Of a DNA stretch of 64,000 bases, positions 1 through 8,109 are shown piece by piece. The notes under the pieces are model-generated. The model was not told the DNA's origin. It searched no databases and worked only from the letters and a program-made list of their open reading frames with translations. A program made the position numbers and the translations under genes. Each line of letters starts with the position of its first letter. Within the stretch, counting starts at the first letter, position 1. The stretch is from a virus. The stretch lies in the IMG/VR virus record IMGVR_UViG_3300047455_000060, positions 4,123-68,122 of that record; one strand, written 5' to 3'.

Positions 1-118
1 ATCCAAAGTTCATACAACGAAAGTTACAACCAAATGTACGTAGGAATACACTAGGTACACCTACATACTTGCCTTCGCCTTGTACACTATAAAATGCTTC
101 TGAATATCTTAGTTTCAT
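1..118 (-). CDS. queE: 7-carboxy-7-deazaguanine synthase QueE (radical SAM), N-terminal part; runs off the window edge
   Basis: Not in the ORF track. Manual translation from the ATG at 118 gives [39 protein letters not shown], with the typical QueE start (FxSxQGEG...FLRxxGCNxxC). Confidence 0.9.
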   Translation of the reverse strand, partial: MKLRYSEAFYSVQGEGKYVGVPSVFLRTFGCNFRCMNFG

Positions 119-468
119 TGTGTAAACTCCTGCTCTAACAGCTTAACTACGTCCTTAAAGTCTGATTCAGGAAATGCCATTCTGCCTAAATTAAACAGAC
201 GTCTTGTTAACACAGTATTTTCGTCTGTATATCCTTTTGAGTTATCAAGGCGTTCTACACTAATTGCAAATGGATGATGCTTGATGTAATTGAACTTTTC
301 GTTTAGTTCTAGTCCACTCCAGTAACATTTACCATTTTGTGTGTCAAACTTTTCAATTAGGCTGTCCGCTGTAAGTGTAATTTCTTTTACAGGTCGATTG
401 CTTACACGATTACGTCCTTGACTATAATTTACGTTAGCTAATAACTTTTTTGCAGTTTTAATATTCAT
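115..468 (-). CDS. HNH-like (His-Me finger) putative endonuclease
   Basis: CYWSG...[17 protein letters not shown]...N resembles the viral 'S-I-D-R-I-D-N-S-K-G-Y-x-x-x-N' HNH-like family. Confidence 0.5.
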   Translation of the reverse strand: MNIKTAKKLLANVNYSQGRNRVSNRPVKEITLTADSLIEKFDTQNGKCYWSGLELNEKFNYIKHHPFAISVERLDNSKGYTDENTVLTRRLFNLGRMAFPESDFKDVVKLLEQEFTQ

Positions 469-1151
469 CGCGGTGCAAACTCCTGCTGTAGTTTAATGTT
501 GTCAAAGAACTCTTTCTTAGTACCAGGGTCGCTTTTAAAGCTACCTTCGAGTACAGTTGTTTGCGTCAATGAACTATGTGCCATAATGCCACGATTCTCA
601 CAGCAACCGTGTGTTGCTTGAATATATACACCTACGTTGTGTGCGCCTGTTGCTGCTTTAATCTCACGTGCAATATCATTTGCAAGTTCTTCTTGCAGTG
701 TACCACGTCGAGCGCACCACTGTGCAATACGTGTGTACTTAGATAGTCCAATAAGTTTAGGACCTGCAATAATACCAATGTATGCTACACCACTCACTGG
801 CTGGTGATGATGCGAACACATTGAACGTAGCTCTGAACGTACAACAAGCATACCTTCATAACGATCATCACTATCATTAGGAAATGCAGTTGCATTTGGC
901 ATAGGATCATAACGTCCTGCCATAATCTCATTAAAGTACATTTTAGCAAGACGTCTTGCTGTGCCTTGTGAGTTAGGATCGTTATGTCGATCAATAACAA
1001 GTGCGTCTAGTACCTGTTCAAATGCTAGTGTAGCACCTTCAATAAGTTCTTCTTTATCGCCCTTTTGTAGGACTTCTGAAATATTGTCGCCAGCCCAGTA
1101 ACGGATACCAGCTTCTTCTAATTTTGTTTTAATTTGTAATGCTTTGCTCAT
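465..1151 (-). CDS. folE: GTP cyclohydrolase I
   Basis: SMCSHH, GLSKYTR, LQEEL and HGCCENRG motifs. Start moved to the ATG at 1151, which has a GGAG SD. Confidence 0.95.
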   Translation of the reverse strand: MSKALQIKTKLEEAGIRYWAGDNISEVLQKGDKEELIEGATLAFEQVLDALVIDRHNDPNSQGTARRLAKMYFNEIMAGRYDPMPNATAFPNDSDDRYEGMLVVRSELRSMCSHHHQPVSGVAYIGIIAGPKLIGLSKYTRIAQWCARRGTLQEELANDIAREIKAATGAHNVGVYIQATHGCCENRGIMAHSSLTQTTVLEGSFKSDPGTKKEFFDNIKLQQEFAPR

Positions 1152-1198
1152 TTTATCTCCGATGTTAAGGCAGAGGATTGCCATTCAATATACTAATA

Positions 1199-1227
1199 AG
1201 TATACACGTTTATTTAGGTTTTGTCAA
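1199..1227 (-). promoter_or_regulatory. sigma70-type promoter for folE-queE
   Basis: TTGACA-17nt-TATACT on the minus strand. Confidence 0.8.
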
Positions 1228-1233
1228 CCACTA

Positions 1234-1614
1234 TCAATATTTTTGTTTAGACGGAATAACGCCGCGAACGCCGCCTTTTGGATCTTCCATATCTCCGTCT
1301 CTACGGAAGATCAAATGTACGTGCGGATACATACAAGTTTGACCTGCACTAGTACCAATATTTAGACCTATATTATATCCTGTAATATTATTATTAGGAG
1401 ATGCTACATTATCATTGCCCATAGCAACAGCAAATTTAAAACACTTTAATACTTCGTCTTGATTACTAGTTTTAGGAACAATTAATGTATGTCCTTCAGT
1501 AACAGGAAATGCATCCTCATATACAACAAAATCTTTTGTATCAAGACTAATATTAGTCCACGGTGCTCGACCTTCTTGTTGGGCCTTTTCTAATGTATCA
1601 CAGTCTAAATTCAT
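1234..1614 (-). CDS. HIT family nucleotide hydrolase
   Basis: FPVTEGHTLIVPK, AGQT and YPHVHLI (histidine-triad variant). Confidence 0.9.
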   Translation of the reverse strand: MNLDCDTLEKAQQEGRAPWTNISLDTKDFVVYEDAFPVTEGHTLIVPKTSNQDEVLKCFKFAVAMGNDNVASPNNNITGYNIGLNIGTSAGQTCMYPHVHLIFRRDGDMEDPKGGVRGVIPSKQKY

Positions 1615-2131
1615 GATCTTTTTCTAATCTCTCGTAATAGTTAAAATTTATAAAAGTCCGTCTATCATCATCTGTACATTTTGTACCACTGTGTCGCAAG
1701 TTAGAATTGAATATAACTAATCTATTCTCTAGTGCTTTTACTTCAGGACCATCTTCAAAATGCAAACTTCCATTATTTGTGTTTAGGTAATATATTGCAG
1801 TTACACAATCTATAGTGTCTGTATGGTATCCTGTTTTAACAAGCTCGTCTGCACGAGGTGTTACTACTCCTTGTACTCTTATAAATGCTTTTGGCTGCAT
1901 AATTTCTAATAAAGGAGTTAAAAGTTCAAAGAAATTGCTTCGAATGTTAAATCCATGATAAAAGTTATGTGTTAATTTAAATCCTAAATTTAATTGATCT
2001 GTAGATGTATTTGCATATCCTTCGCTCATAAACCAAGGAAATTCGTCACTCCACATTACATTTCTCAAATATGTAAAATAGTCTAGATCTAATGCATCAT
2101 CTATAACTTTTATACTTTCATTTTTAAGCAT
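1598..2131 (-). CDS. 2OG-Fe(II) oxygenase
   Basis: HTD...AIYYLNTNNG...NRLVIF...H...R facial triad pattern. Confidence 0.8.
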   Translation of the reverse strand: MLKNESIKVIDDALDLDYFTYLRNVMWSDEFPWFMSEGYANTSTDQLNLGFKLTHNFYHGFNIRSNFFELLTPLLEIMQPKAFIRVQGVVTPRADELVKTGYHTDTIDCVTAIYYLNTNNGSLHFEDGPEVKALENRLVIFNSNLRHSGTKCTDDDRRTFINFNYYERLEKDHEFRL

Positions 2132-2684
2132 AGTTGCCTACATTCTCCCAAGGGTAAACTAGCCAAACATCTTCTTCTGCTTTGTTAACTTCGTGTACGC
2201 TGTAACGTACATCACCAAACGTGCTAGACAAGTTATCTGTAATAGTAGCAAAACGAACATTGTTGTGCCATACAGTATCCCATGCTTCTTTTTCGTTTGG
2301 CAAACAACTTGACTGCCAGTCTTGTTTAATCCAGTTAAACGTAGCACCTGTATCGTTAATATCGTCTACAATAAGAATGTTTTTACGTTTGTTTAGATCC
2401 CAACGACTTTTGTAAATTTCACGTTCTTCTTCTGTAACATATCCAAACGCATCTTCTGACATCCACAAATTACTTTCAGGACCCATTTCGTCATCACGTA
2501 AACTAACCTTTAATGCTTCGCCGCGAATGCCTAGCATATTACAAAGGATAGTAGCAGGAACATTGCCACCTTTGGTAATACCTACAATATAGTCTGGACG
2601 CCAATTATCTTTGTACATCTGTAGAGCGATGTTTACACAGGCATCTTCTACATCCTGCCAGCTGTAATAATGTTTCTTAATCAT
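2124..2684 (-). CDS. type I phosphoribosyltransferase (Gpt-like)
   Basis: IVGITKGG, ILIVDDINDTGAT PRPP-binding loop, WLVYPWE. Confidence 0.9.
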   Translation of the reverse strand: MIKKHYYSWQDVEDACVNIALQMYKDNWRPDYIVGITKGGNVPATILCNMLGIRGEALKVSLRDDEMGPESNLWMSEDAFGYVTEEEREIYKSRWDLNKRKNILIVDDINDTGATFNWIKQDWQSSCLPNEKEAWDTVWHNNVRFATITDNLSSTFGDVRYSVHEVNKAEEDVWLVYPWENVGNYA

Positions 2685-2863
2685 TTGCCTTCCTTTGAAT
2701 CTTTTTCTGCTTTAGTTAGTTTGTTATTCCAAGTATTGTTACTAATGCCAAGTTCGCTGGGCATAGGCTTAGTTTTGCCTACAGTAACTTCGCCGCCTTT
2801 TGCAAGAAACTCTGCAATTAGATCTGCATCGGTATTCTTCTTAGGCTGATGATTCATAGCCAT
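2681..2863 (-). CDS. small protein with SutA-like EFLAKGG motif
   Basis: LIAEFLAKGGEV; paralog at 36171-36347. Confidence 0.55.
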   Translation of the reverse strand: MAMNHQPKKNTDADLIAEFLAKGGEVTVGKTKPMPSELGISNNTWNNKLTKAEKDSKEGK

Positions 2864-3141
2864 TATCTCAGCAACTCCAAGTTTGCAATTTTACTAATCT
2901 TCTCACCGAAGTCATCATCCTTGTGGATAATGTAAGTGGTTGTGTCATTGCGATCAGTTTTACGATCGTAGCGTCTAAACTCCACAACCTGTCCGCCTAC
3001 AGCACTGAACACACGGAAGTTTAGGATAGGTTCGGCATCGCACATCTGTGCTTCTACATCGCGACTACTAGTAAGTTTCATACTAACTTCATTGTCGTAA
3101 TCGTTAATCCAGTTACGGAGTTTTCTTTTAAGCCATTTCAT
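2863..3141 (-). CDS. hypothetical phage protein
   Basis: Coupled ORF in operon, 92 aa. Confidence 0.7.
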   Translation of the reverse strand: MKWLKRKLRNWINDYDNEVSMKLTSSRDVEAQMCDAEPILNFRVFSAVGGQVVEFRRYDRKTDRNDTTTYIIHKDDDFGEKISKIANLELLR

Positions 3142-3430
3142 TTTGTACCAACATCCTTATCATATTATAGTTTTCTTTTGCTTTAGCAAATGCGGGAAAC
3201 TTTTCTGCCATCTCTTGTTCACGCAATTCTTGCTCCATTTTCTGCTTGGCCCATTCTACGACAGTTTTCAACTCAATGTCATCGACCCAAGCAGTTGTGT
3301 GTATAGTCACAAACATTGATCCATCGTAAACCTGTAACTGTCCGTTAATTGCTCGCACCTCGCCGACTACAGCACGTTCGTTGCCGTTACTAGTATACGG
3401 TACTTGAAAATTTGTGTGTACTGGTATCAT
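3128..3430 (-). CDS. hypothetical protein, (Y/F)PxLxK C-terminal helix family
   Basis: Coupled ORF; C-terminal EKFPAFAKAKENY. Confidence 0.7.
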   Translation of the reverse strand: MIPVHTNFQVPYTSNGNERAVVGEVRAINGQLQVYDGSMFVTIHTTAWVDDIELKTVVEWAKQKMEQELREQEMAEKFPAFAKAKENYNMIRMLVQNEMA

Positions 3431-3885
3431 TTTGATTCCTTAATCGCATCAAACGTTTTATACTTTGACAATGCTGCTTCGTATTCGTCTTTTATCTTTT
3501 TCAACTTAGGATACTTAGATTCCATATCCACGTCACGCTTTAATAATAACAGAGCATCACGCATTTCGTCAATCTCTTTCATAACGTCTCTGCCATTTAC
3601 TAGCAACGGAACATCAACACGCATACTACCATTCTCACCACCGTCGATAGTAATCTTAGCATCTGCAATACTTGTAGAGCTAATCGCTCCTATTCCTGTA
3701 TTTGTAGTAGTGATACTACCGCTTGCATATGTGTAGTTGTTAGGATTATAGTTCTGTGTACTATTAAAGATGGGAGTGTTGTTGCTGTTCATTTTTTGTT
3801 TTAACTCTTTTGACCATTTTTCTTTACGCTTCTTTTCCGCCGCTTCTCTTTCACGGATACGTTTTACGTAATCTTGTCTACTCGT
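3427..3885 (-). CDS. hypothetical protein; start uncertain (ACG at 3885, ATG at 3792 or ATG at 4026)
   Basis: C-terminal KYPKLKKIKDEYE. The track start overlaps the upstream gene by 149 nt. Confidence 0.6.
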   Translation of the reverse strand, partial: TSRQDYVKRIREREAAEKKRKEKWSKELKQKMNSNNTPIFNSTQNYNPNNYTYASGSITTTNTGIGAISSTSIADAKITIDGGENGSMRVDVPLLVNGRDVMKEIDEMRDALLLLKRDVDMESKYPKLKKIKDEYEAALSKYKTFDAIKESK

Positions 3886-4372
3886 CTTTTGCTCCACGGG
3901 CAAGGTACTGCTCGTTGTGGATCCAACGGTATCCTTCGAACTGTACCCAGCGGACGAATCCCCATTCTTTCTGTTTCTTCCCCATGAAGAAAAGGCTCCA
4001 GCAAGGGATTTCATTACCTTGTTCATCTTTCTCTAACTCCAACCAATGTAGGTCATTGGGCTTACGGATTCTAAAATGCCCAGGACCTCTCCAAACTCTA
4101 GTGCTGCCAACTACGTGTCCTTCTTTAGCAATAAGTGGTATATGTTCCCAATAACCACCTGCGATAATAAATGTAGCATAGCCCCACGGATGATCGTGTA
4201 GAGTAGGCTCGTCACTTTTTAGTACTTTATGCAGTGTGATATTAAAAGGAAAACGCTTTCTGTTCTTAAGAAATACGTAGTAGCGGATAAGATAAGGTTC
4301 TGTGCTATCACGTTCTGTGATTACTCGACGTCTGCCGAGCTTGTCCATAATCTTAGAAAGGAATGTCATCAT
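3878..4372 (-). CDS. cupin-fold protein
   Basis: LHDHPW...GGYWE...H cupin metal motif. Confidence 0.7.
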   Translation of the reverse strand: MMTFLSKIMDKLGRRRVITERDSTEPYLIRYYVFLKNRKRFPFNITLHKVLKSDEPTLHDHPWGYATFIIAGGYWEHIPLIAKEGHVVGSTRVWRGPGHFRIRKPNDLHWLELEKDEQGNEIPCWSLFFMGKKQKEWGFVRWVQFEGYRWIHNEQYLARGAKDE

Positions 4373-4721
4373 CTAGTTCACCTGCTTTCTTTTTGCCTTC
4401 GTAATCTTGTTGCACCATATCGTATACTGCTTTAAAGTTACGCCAAACTTTTTCTAGTGCTGGATACTCTTTACACATCTTTTCAATCTCATTCGGATTA
4501 ATACGTGTGTCTGATATATCATAATTCTTAAGCCAGTCAACACTGTTAGTGTCTATAGTAAATGTACCGTCATGAGATCCGCTGTAAACAACATCAGTTA
4601 TACTATCACCTGCCCAGTACGTTGTAGTTGTGTAGGTGTTGTCTAGGTTAATAGTAATATCGCCTGTGGTATCTAATATTTCATCTAAATTAATAGTATA
4701 TGTTTTATCATCTGGTTCCAT
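4353..4721 (-). CDS. hypothetical protein, Thr-rich N-terminus with YPALEK helix
   Basis: Start reassigned to the ATG at 4721 (GAGG SD). Confidence 0.7.
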   Translation of the reverse strand: MEPDDKTYTINLDEILDTTGDITINLDNTYTTTTYWAGDSITDVVYSGSHDGTFTIDTNSVDWLKNYDISDTRINPNEIEKMCKEYPALEKVWRNFKAVYDMVQQDYEGKKKAGELDDDIPF

Positions 4722-5805
4722 CTGCAATTGCCTCGTATAGCGCAGTTCCACTAAAGAATTCTTTGTTTAGTTTAGTGCGTTGCTTGTCTAAACTTACAAG
4801 ATAGTCATCATAGTTTTCCATATAGTCGCGAATCTTTTTAACAAGTTCTCCGCGATATGTAACATAACTACCCCAATCTTCTGTCCACTTGCCAGGATAC
4901 TTAAACTCAGACAGTGCCATTTCACAGTAACTTAGTCTGTCCGGAACCATAGGAATCGCATTAGTAATAGCACCTTCATACCAACTAATACCAAGTGTTT
5001 CTTGCAAGTTAGCACTAAACACTAGTTTAGCTTCACCTAGCAAGTTGTGGTACTCGTTCTTTGTAAGTTCACGTTCTTGACAAACTACAAACTCATATTC
5101 AGGAAGTTGTTCAGCAAGGTCACGGAAAATATCTACTTGTTTCTCTGGAGCAATACGATGCGGAAAGAGTATAATATCTTTCTTGTCCATACCACTGTAA
5201 GGAACAAGTGCATCCTTCAAATACTCCATAGGCCATCCAACACGTTTAAAACGATCGTCTTCGCCTGCAAGTACCTCTTGTGTCCAATCGTACAAGTAAG
5301 GATCGTCTTCCCATAATGTTTCTACAAACATTTCAATATGAAAGTCTGTAGCAAAGAAGTTATGATCATACACATGAAACATGCTCTTTTCAGCATGTCG
5401 TACCCAAGGTTTGTCGCCTATGAGCCTACCCAAGAAGTCATGAGGATCATAACTACCAGCATGCCATAAGCCACCGATTCGGATATCAACACCCAAGAGC
5501 TCAGCCATGTATTTAAGCTGGATAACAGTTGGGTTCCACGCATCCGTATATAGGAAATAATCTCCATTTTTAACTTCGCCTTTACAAAACATTTCACCGA
5601 TAGTTTCTAACTGCTTACTCTTGTAAACATTAGTACCACCAAAATTGAGAAACGCCCCAGGCGTAGTTGCCTGAGGAGTCTCGCCACCACTAATAACAAC
5701 TACATTGTCATTTGTAGCATGGCGCAGTTGTTTAGGCAAATGTTCTTTCCATTGCTTAGTATAACGTGTGTCTACTGCTTCAATATCGACAATGTAGATA
5801 GTCAT
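4708..5805 (-). CDS. GT-B fold glycosyltransferase
   Basis: FPHRIAPEKQ...QETLGISWYEG matches the GT4-like R...K / ExxGxxxxE signature. Confidence 0.8.
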   Translation of the reverse strand: MTIYIVDIEAVDTRYTKQWKEHLPKQLRHATNDNVVVISGGETPQATTPGAFLNFGGTNVYKSKQLETIGEMFCKGEVKNGDYFLYTDAWNPTVIQLKYMAELLGVDIRIGGLWHAGSYDPHDFLGRLIGDKPWVRHAEKSMFHVYDHNFFATDFHIEMFVETLWEDDPYLYDWTQEVLAGEDDRFKRVGWPMEYLKDALVPYSGMDKKDIILFPHRIAPEKQVDIFRDLAEQLPEYEFVVCQERELTKNEYHNLLGEAKLVFSANLQETLGISWYEGAITNAIPMVPDRLSYCEMALSEFKYPGKWTEDWGSYVTYRGELVKKIRDYMENYDDYLVSLDKQRTKLNKEFFSGTALYEAIADGTR

Positions 5806-6033
5806 TTAGTTACTCCGATTAAATTGTTTACGTGGTCTTTGTACAAAGTCACGGCCGCCGTTACGAGCCTTCGCCCGCATCCAACCTTGCCATTTTTTGT
5901 ACGCCTCCCAAGTTGGAGATCCGTCCTTGTAAAGGTCTGCTTCATCAAACACTTTACCTTCAAAGCGACAATAGTCGCGGAACTTGTCCAGATCGTCAAA
6001 TACTTTTTCTACTGGAGGAAAGTTGTAAGCCAT
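5806..6033 (-). CDS. hypothetical phage protein
   Basis: 75 aa ORF with SD, abutting both neighbours. Confidence 0.7.
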   Translation of the reverse strand: MAYNFPPVEKVFDDLDKFRDYCRFEGKVFDEADLYKDGSPTWEAYKKWQGWMRAKARNGGRDFVQRPRKQFNRSN

Positions 6034-6047
6034 ATTAAGTTTCTCTC

Positions 6048-6506
6048 TTATGCTTTTGGATAAAAAATAGAACAGCCATTTTCGTTGTCTTCAGCGACAC
6101 TAATCTCTACAAACCGGCCGGGATATTTTGTAGAAATTTCTTGATACAAATCATCTGCAATCATCTCACATGATTTGTAATCTAAATTGAGCACTTTAAA
6201 GTCGGACGAACTATTTCCGTTATAGAGTCTTTCCATCCATCGTTTGAATTGGATGAATTCGATATCTCTATCGTTGTGAAACACTTCGATGCGCACCCGG
6301 AAATGAAAGATATGACGATGAGGAACACCAAGGAACGACACATCATCCCACCCTCCAGTTGCTAACTTTGGGTCAGTATCTGCCCCAGGATATCTATGAA
6401 TACCTTCTTTATTAAAGGTTACCCAAATACTACGTTGTGCATTTTGCATTTTGTTATCTTCTTCTCTCATTCTACGTAACATATAATCATGGTATCGTTC
6501 TTGCAT
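6048..6506 (-). CDS. QueD-paralog T-fold protein, DpdL-like (putative CDG decarboxylase)
   Basis: LGVPHRHIF (LxxxHRHxF), SCEMIA and EDNENG T-fold motifs; lacks the QueD CxxxHGH; adjacent to the dpdA operon. Confidence 0.7.
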   Translation of the reverse strand: MQERYHDYMLRRMREEDNKMQNAQRSIWVTFNKEGIHRYPGADTDPKLATGGWDDVSFLGVPHRHIFHFRVRIEVFHNDRDIEFIQFKRWMERLYNGNSSSDFKVLNLDYKSCEMIADDLYQEISTKYPGRFVEISVAEDNENGCSIFYPKA

Positions 6507-6512
6507 GTATAT

Positions 6513-6541
6513 ATAATACTTTCTTTTGTTAAAGTTGTCAA
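6513..6541 (-). promoter_or_regulatory. sigma70-type promoter, probably leaderless mRNA
   Basis: TTGACA-17-TATTAT with the ATG 6 nt after the -10 box. Confidence 0.7.
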
Positions 6542-6547
6542 GTGTTT

Positions 6548-7261
6548 TTAGAACTGAAACACTTGAAAATATTCATTAGTTATCTGACGTTCTAACTCAC
6601 GTTGGTTTAATCGCCAGTGCCTAATGATAGGATTTTGCGGTGCAACATTAGCCCAAGCAGCTTGTCCACTAATACCAAAATCTTGATATTCATTACTTTC
6701 TACATCTAAGCCTATTAATGCTTGAGGAGCAATAAATCCAAAATCTTTTTTTAGATCTTTTAATGCAAAATCTAGGACAAATCCGTTGCATGTTACAGCC
6801 ATATGTGCATCGATTGCGCCGTTTTGTACCGGTTCTCCCGGACCTCTTTGATCTGCTACACCAAACTTAGTTGATTGTCCTTTCTCTTCATTTGCCCAAT
6901 AACAAATTAACTGTTTTGCTGAAGATTGAAATCCGTGTAATCTTAAAATTCTTCTCAACACACAGGACATTAATACACACTGGTCTCCATATCGTTCAAT
7001 AAATCCTAGATTTATAAATCTATAATATATTTCTTGAAACTGTGCAGGAAGTGTATCCGCAATAGATGTTTCAATTCCTAAACCATAATCTTCTGGATGT
7101 TTAAAATTAAAAGCAGTATTCCATCCATACCTTGCTAAGTGTTTTGCTGGATTATTAATAAAGTTATCATATTCACTTATTTTACGTTTAGGCTTAATAA
7201 TAACCTCAGCACCTTGGCTAACATCAAATGTTGAAGTAGTAAATATTTTTTCTCGGTTCAT
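6548..7261 (-). CDS. hypothetical protein with transglutaminase-like Cys-His-Asp motif
   Basis: GDQCVLMS...DAHMAV...VLDF. Confidence 0.5.
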   Translation of the reverse strand: MNREKIFTTSTFDVSQGAEVIIKPKRKISEYDNFINNPAKHLARYGWNTAFNFKHPEDYGLGIETSIADTLPAQFQEIYYRFINLGFIERYGDQCVLMSCVLRRILRLHGFQSSAKQLICYWANEEKGQSTKFGVADQRGPGEPVQNGAIDAHMAVTCNGFVLDFALKDLKKDFGFIAPQALIGLDVESNEYQDFGISGQAAWANVAPQNPIIRHWRLNQRELERQITNEYFQVFQF

Positions 7262-7788
7262 AGAATTTTATCACTTCCGTATTTGTTCCAATCCGTAAAT
7301 TTATTACGGTCCATTAGATCGTGTAAACTGTGACACCAAACACCTGGATTAGTTGCTTTAAAATCTTTATCATCAATTTTAAGCATAGTGTTATAGTTGT
7401 ACTGCTTGATGTAAGGCAACGGAATGCGAATCTGCGGAATAAAGTTATCTTTTTCAATCATACTGCTTTCTAGTAATGCTTCTGCATGACTTAGCGGAAT
7501 ATCTAGACTACATAACTTACCAGCAACCAAAAACGCTGTAATCATGTTGTCCCACTTTTCCCAAGCATCTGCATCTTGTGGAAAGTTAGTGCCTGGATTA
7601 AAACTATGATTAGCACCAAAGAAGATGTGGTCACATTGTTCTTCATCGTAATGCTTTTGAATAACATCACAAGGTTGTACGCCTGTAACAAACAATGTTT
7701 TCATTCCAAACGCAGGAGTCTTTTCAACTTCTATGCCTGTAAAGAAAACAATATTGTCTGCTGTGCCTGTTTCGTAATCACGCTTCAT
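7258..7788 (-). CDS. hypothetical protein in dpdA operon
   Basis: FFTGIEVEKTP...HIFFGANHSF...NPGVWCH; GenBank-style phage ORF, coupled to its neighbour. Confidence 0.7.
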   Translation of the reverse strand: MKRDYETGTADNIVFFTGIEVEKTPAFGMKTLFVTGVQPCDVIQKHYDEEQCDHIFFGANHSFNPGTNFPQDADAWEKWDNMITAFLVAGKLCSLDIPLSHAEALLESSMIEKDNFIPQIRIPLPYIKQYNYNTMLKIDDKDFKATNPGVWCHSLHDLMDRNKFTDWNKYGSDKIL

Positions 7789-7903
7789 TTCGCTCTACCT
7801 GTTTAGCAAGATCCGAAAATCTATCTGCAATTTCACGCAATTCTTTACTGTCTAGGCTACGAGCCAAATCGTGCAATCTAATTATAATTTCGCCGTTTGT
7901 CAT
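7778..7903 (-). CDS. small hypothetical protein (41 aa)
   Basis: Manual ORF MTNGEIIIRLHDLAR..., ATGA overlap with the upstream gene, fills the gap. Confidence 0.55.
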   Translation of the reverse strand: MTNGEIIIRLHDLARSLDSKELREIADRFSDLAKQVERNEA

Positions 7904-8109
7904 TCTAATCCTTTTTGTATCAGATATTCGTTAATACGATGCATTTCGTCTTTAAGATATAACTTCATAGTTTTCATTCTACGCACTTCTTCAGTTACTG
8001 TAATATTATTATAACGTGTTTCGATCTCTATGTCAAGTTCTCTGTGTTTACGTTCTAATTCCGCATAATGACTGCGAAGTTTGTCCTCTTCGGATTCAAA
8101 GTTGCTCAT
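7900..8109 (-). CDS. DUF465/YdcH-like coiled-coil protein
   Basis: LERKHRELDIEI...MKTMKLYLKDEM. Confidence 0.7.
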   Translation of the reverse strand: MSNFESEEDKLRSHYAELERKHRELDIEIETRYNNITVTEEVRRMKTMKLYLKDEMHRINEYLIQKGLE

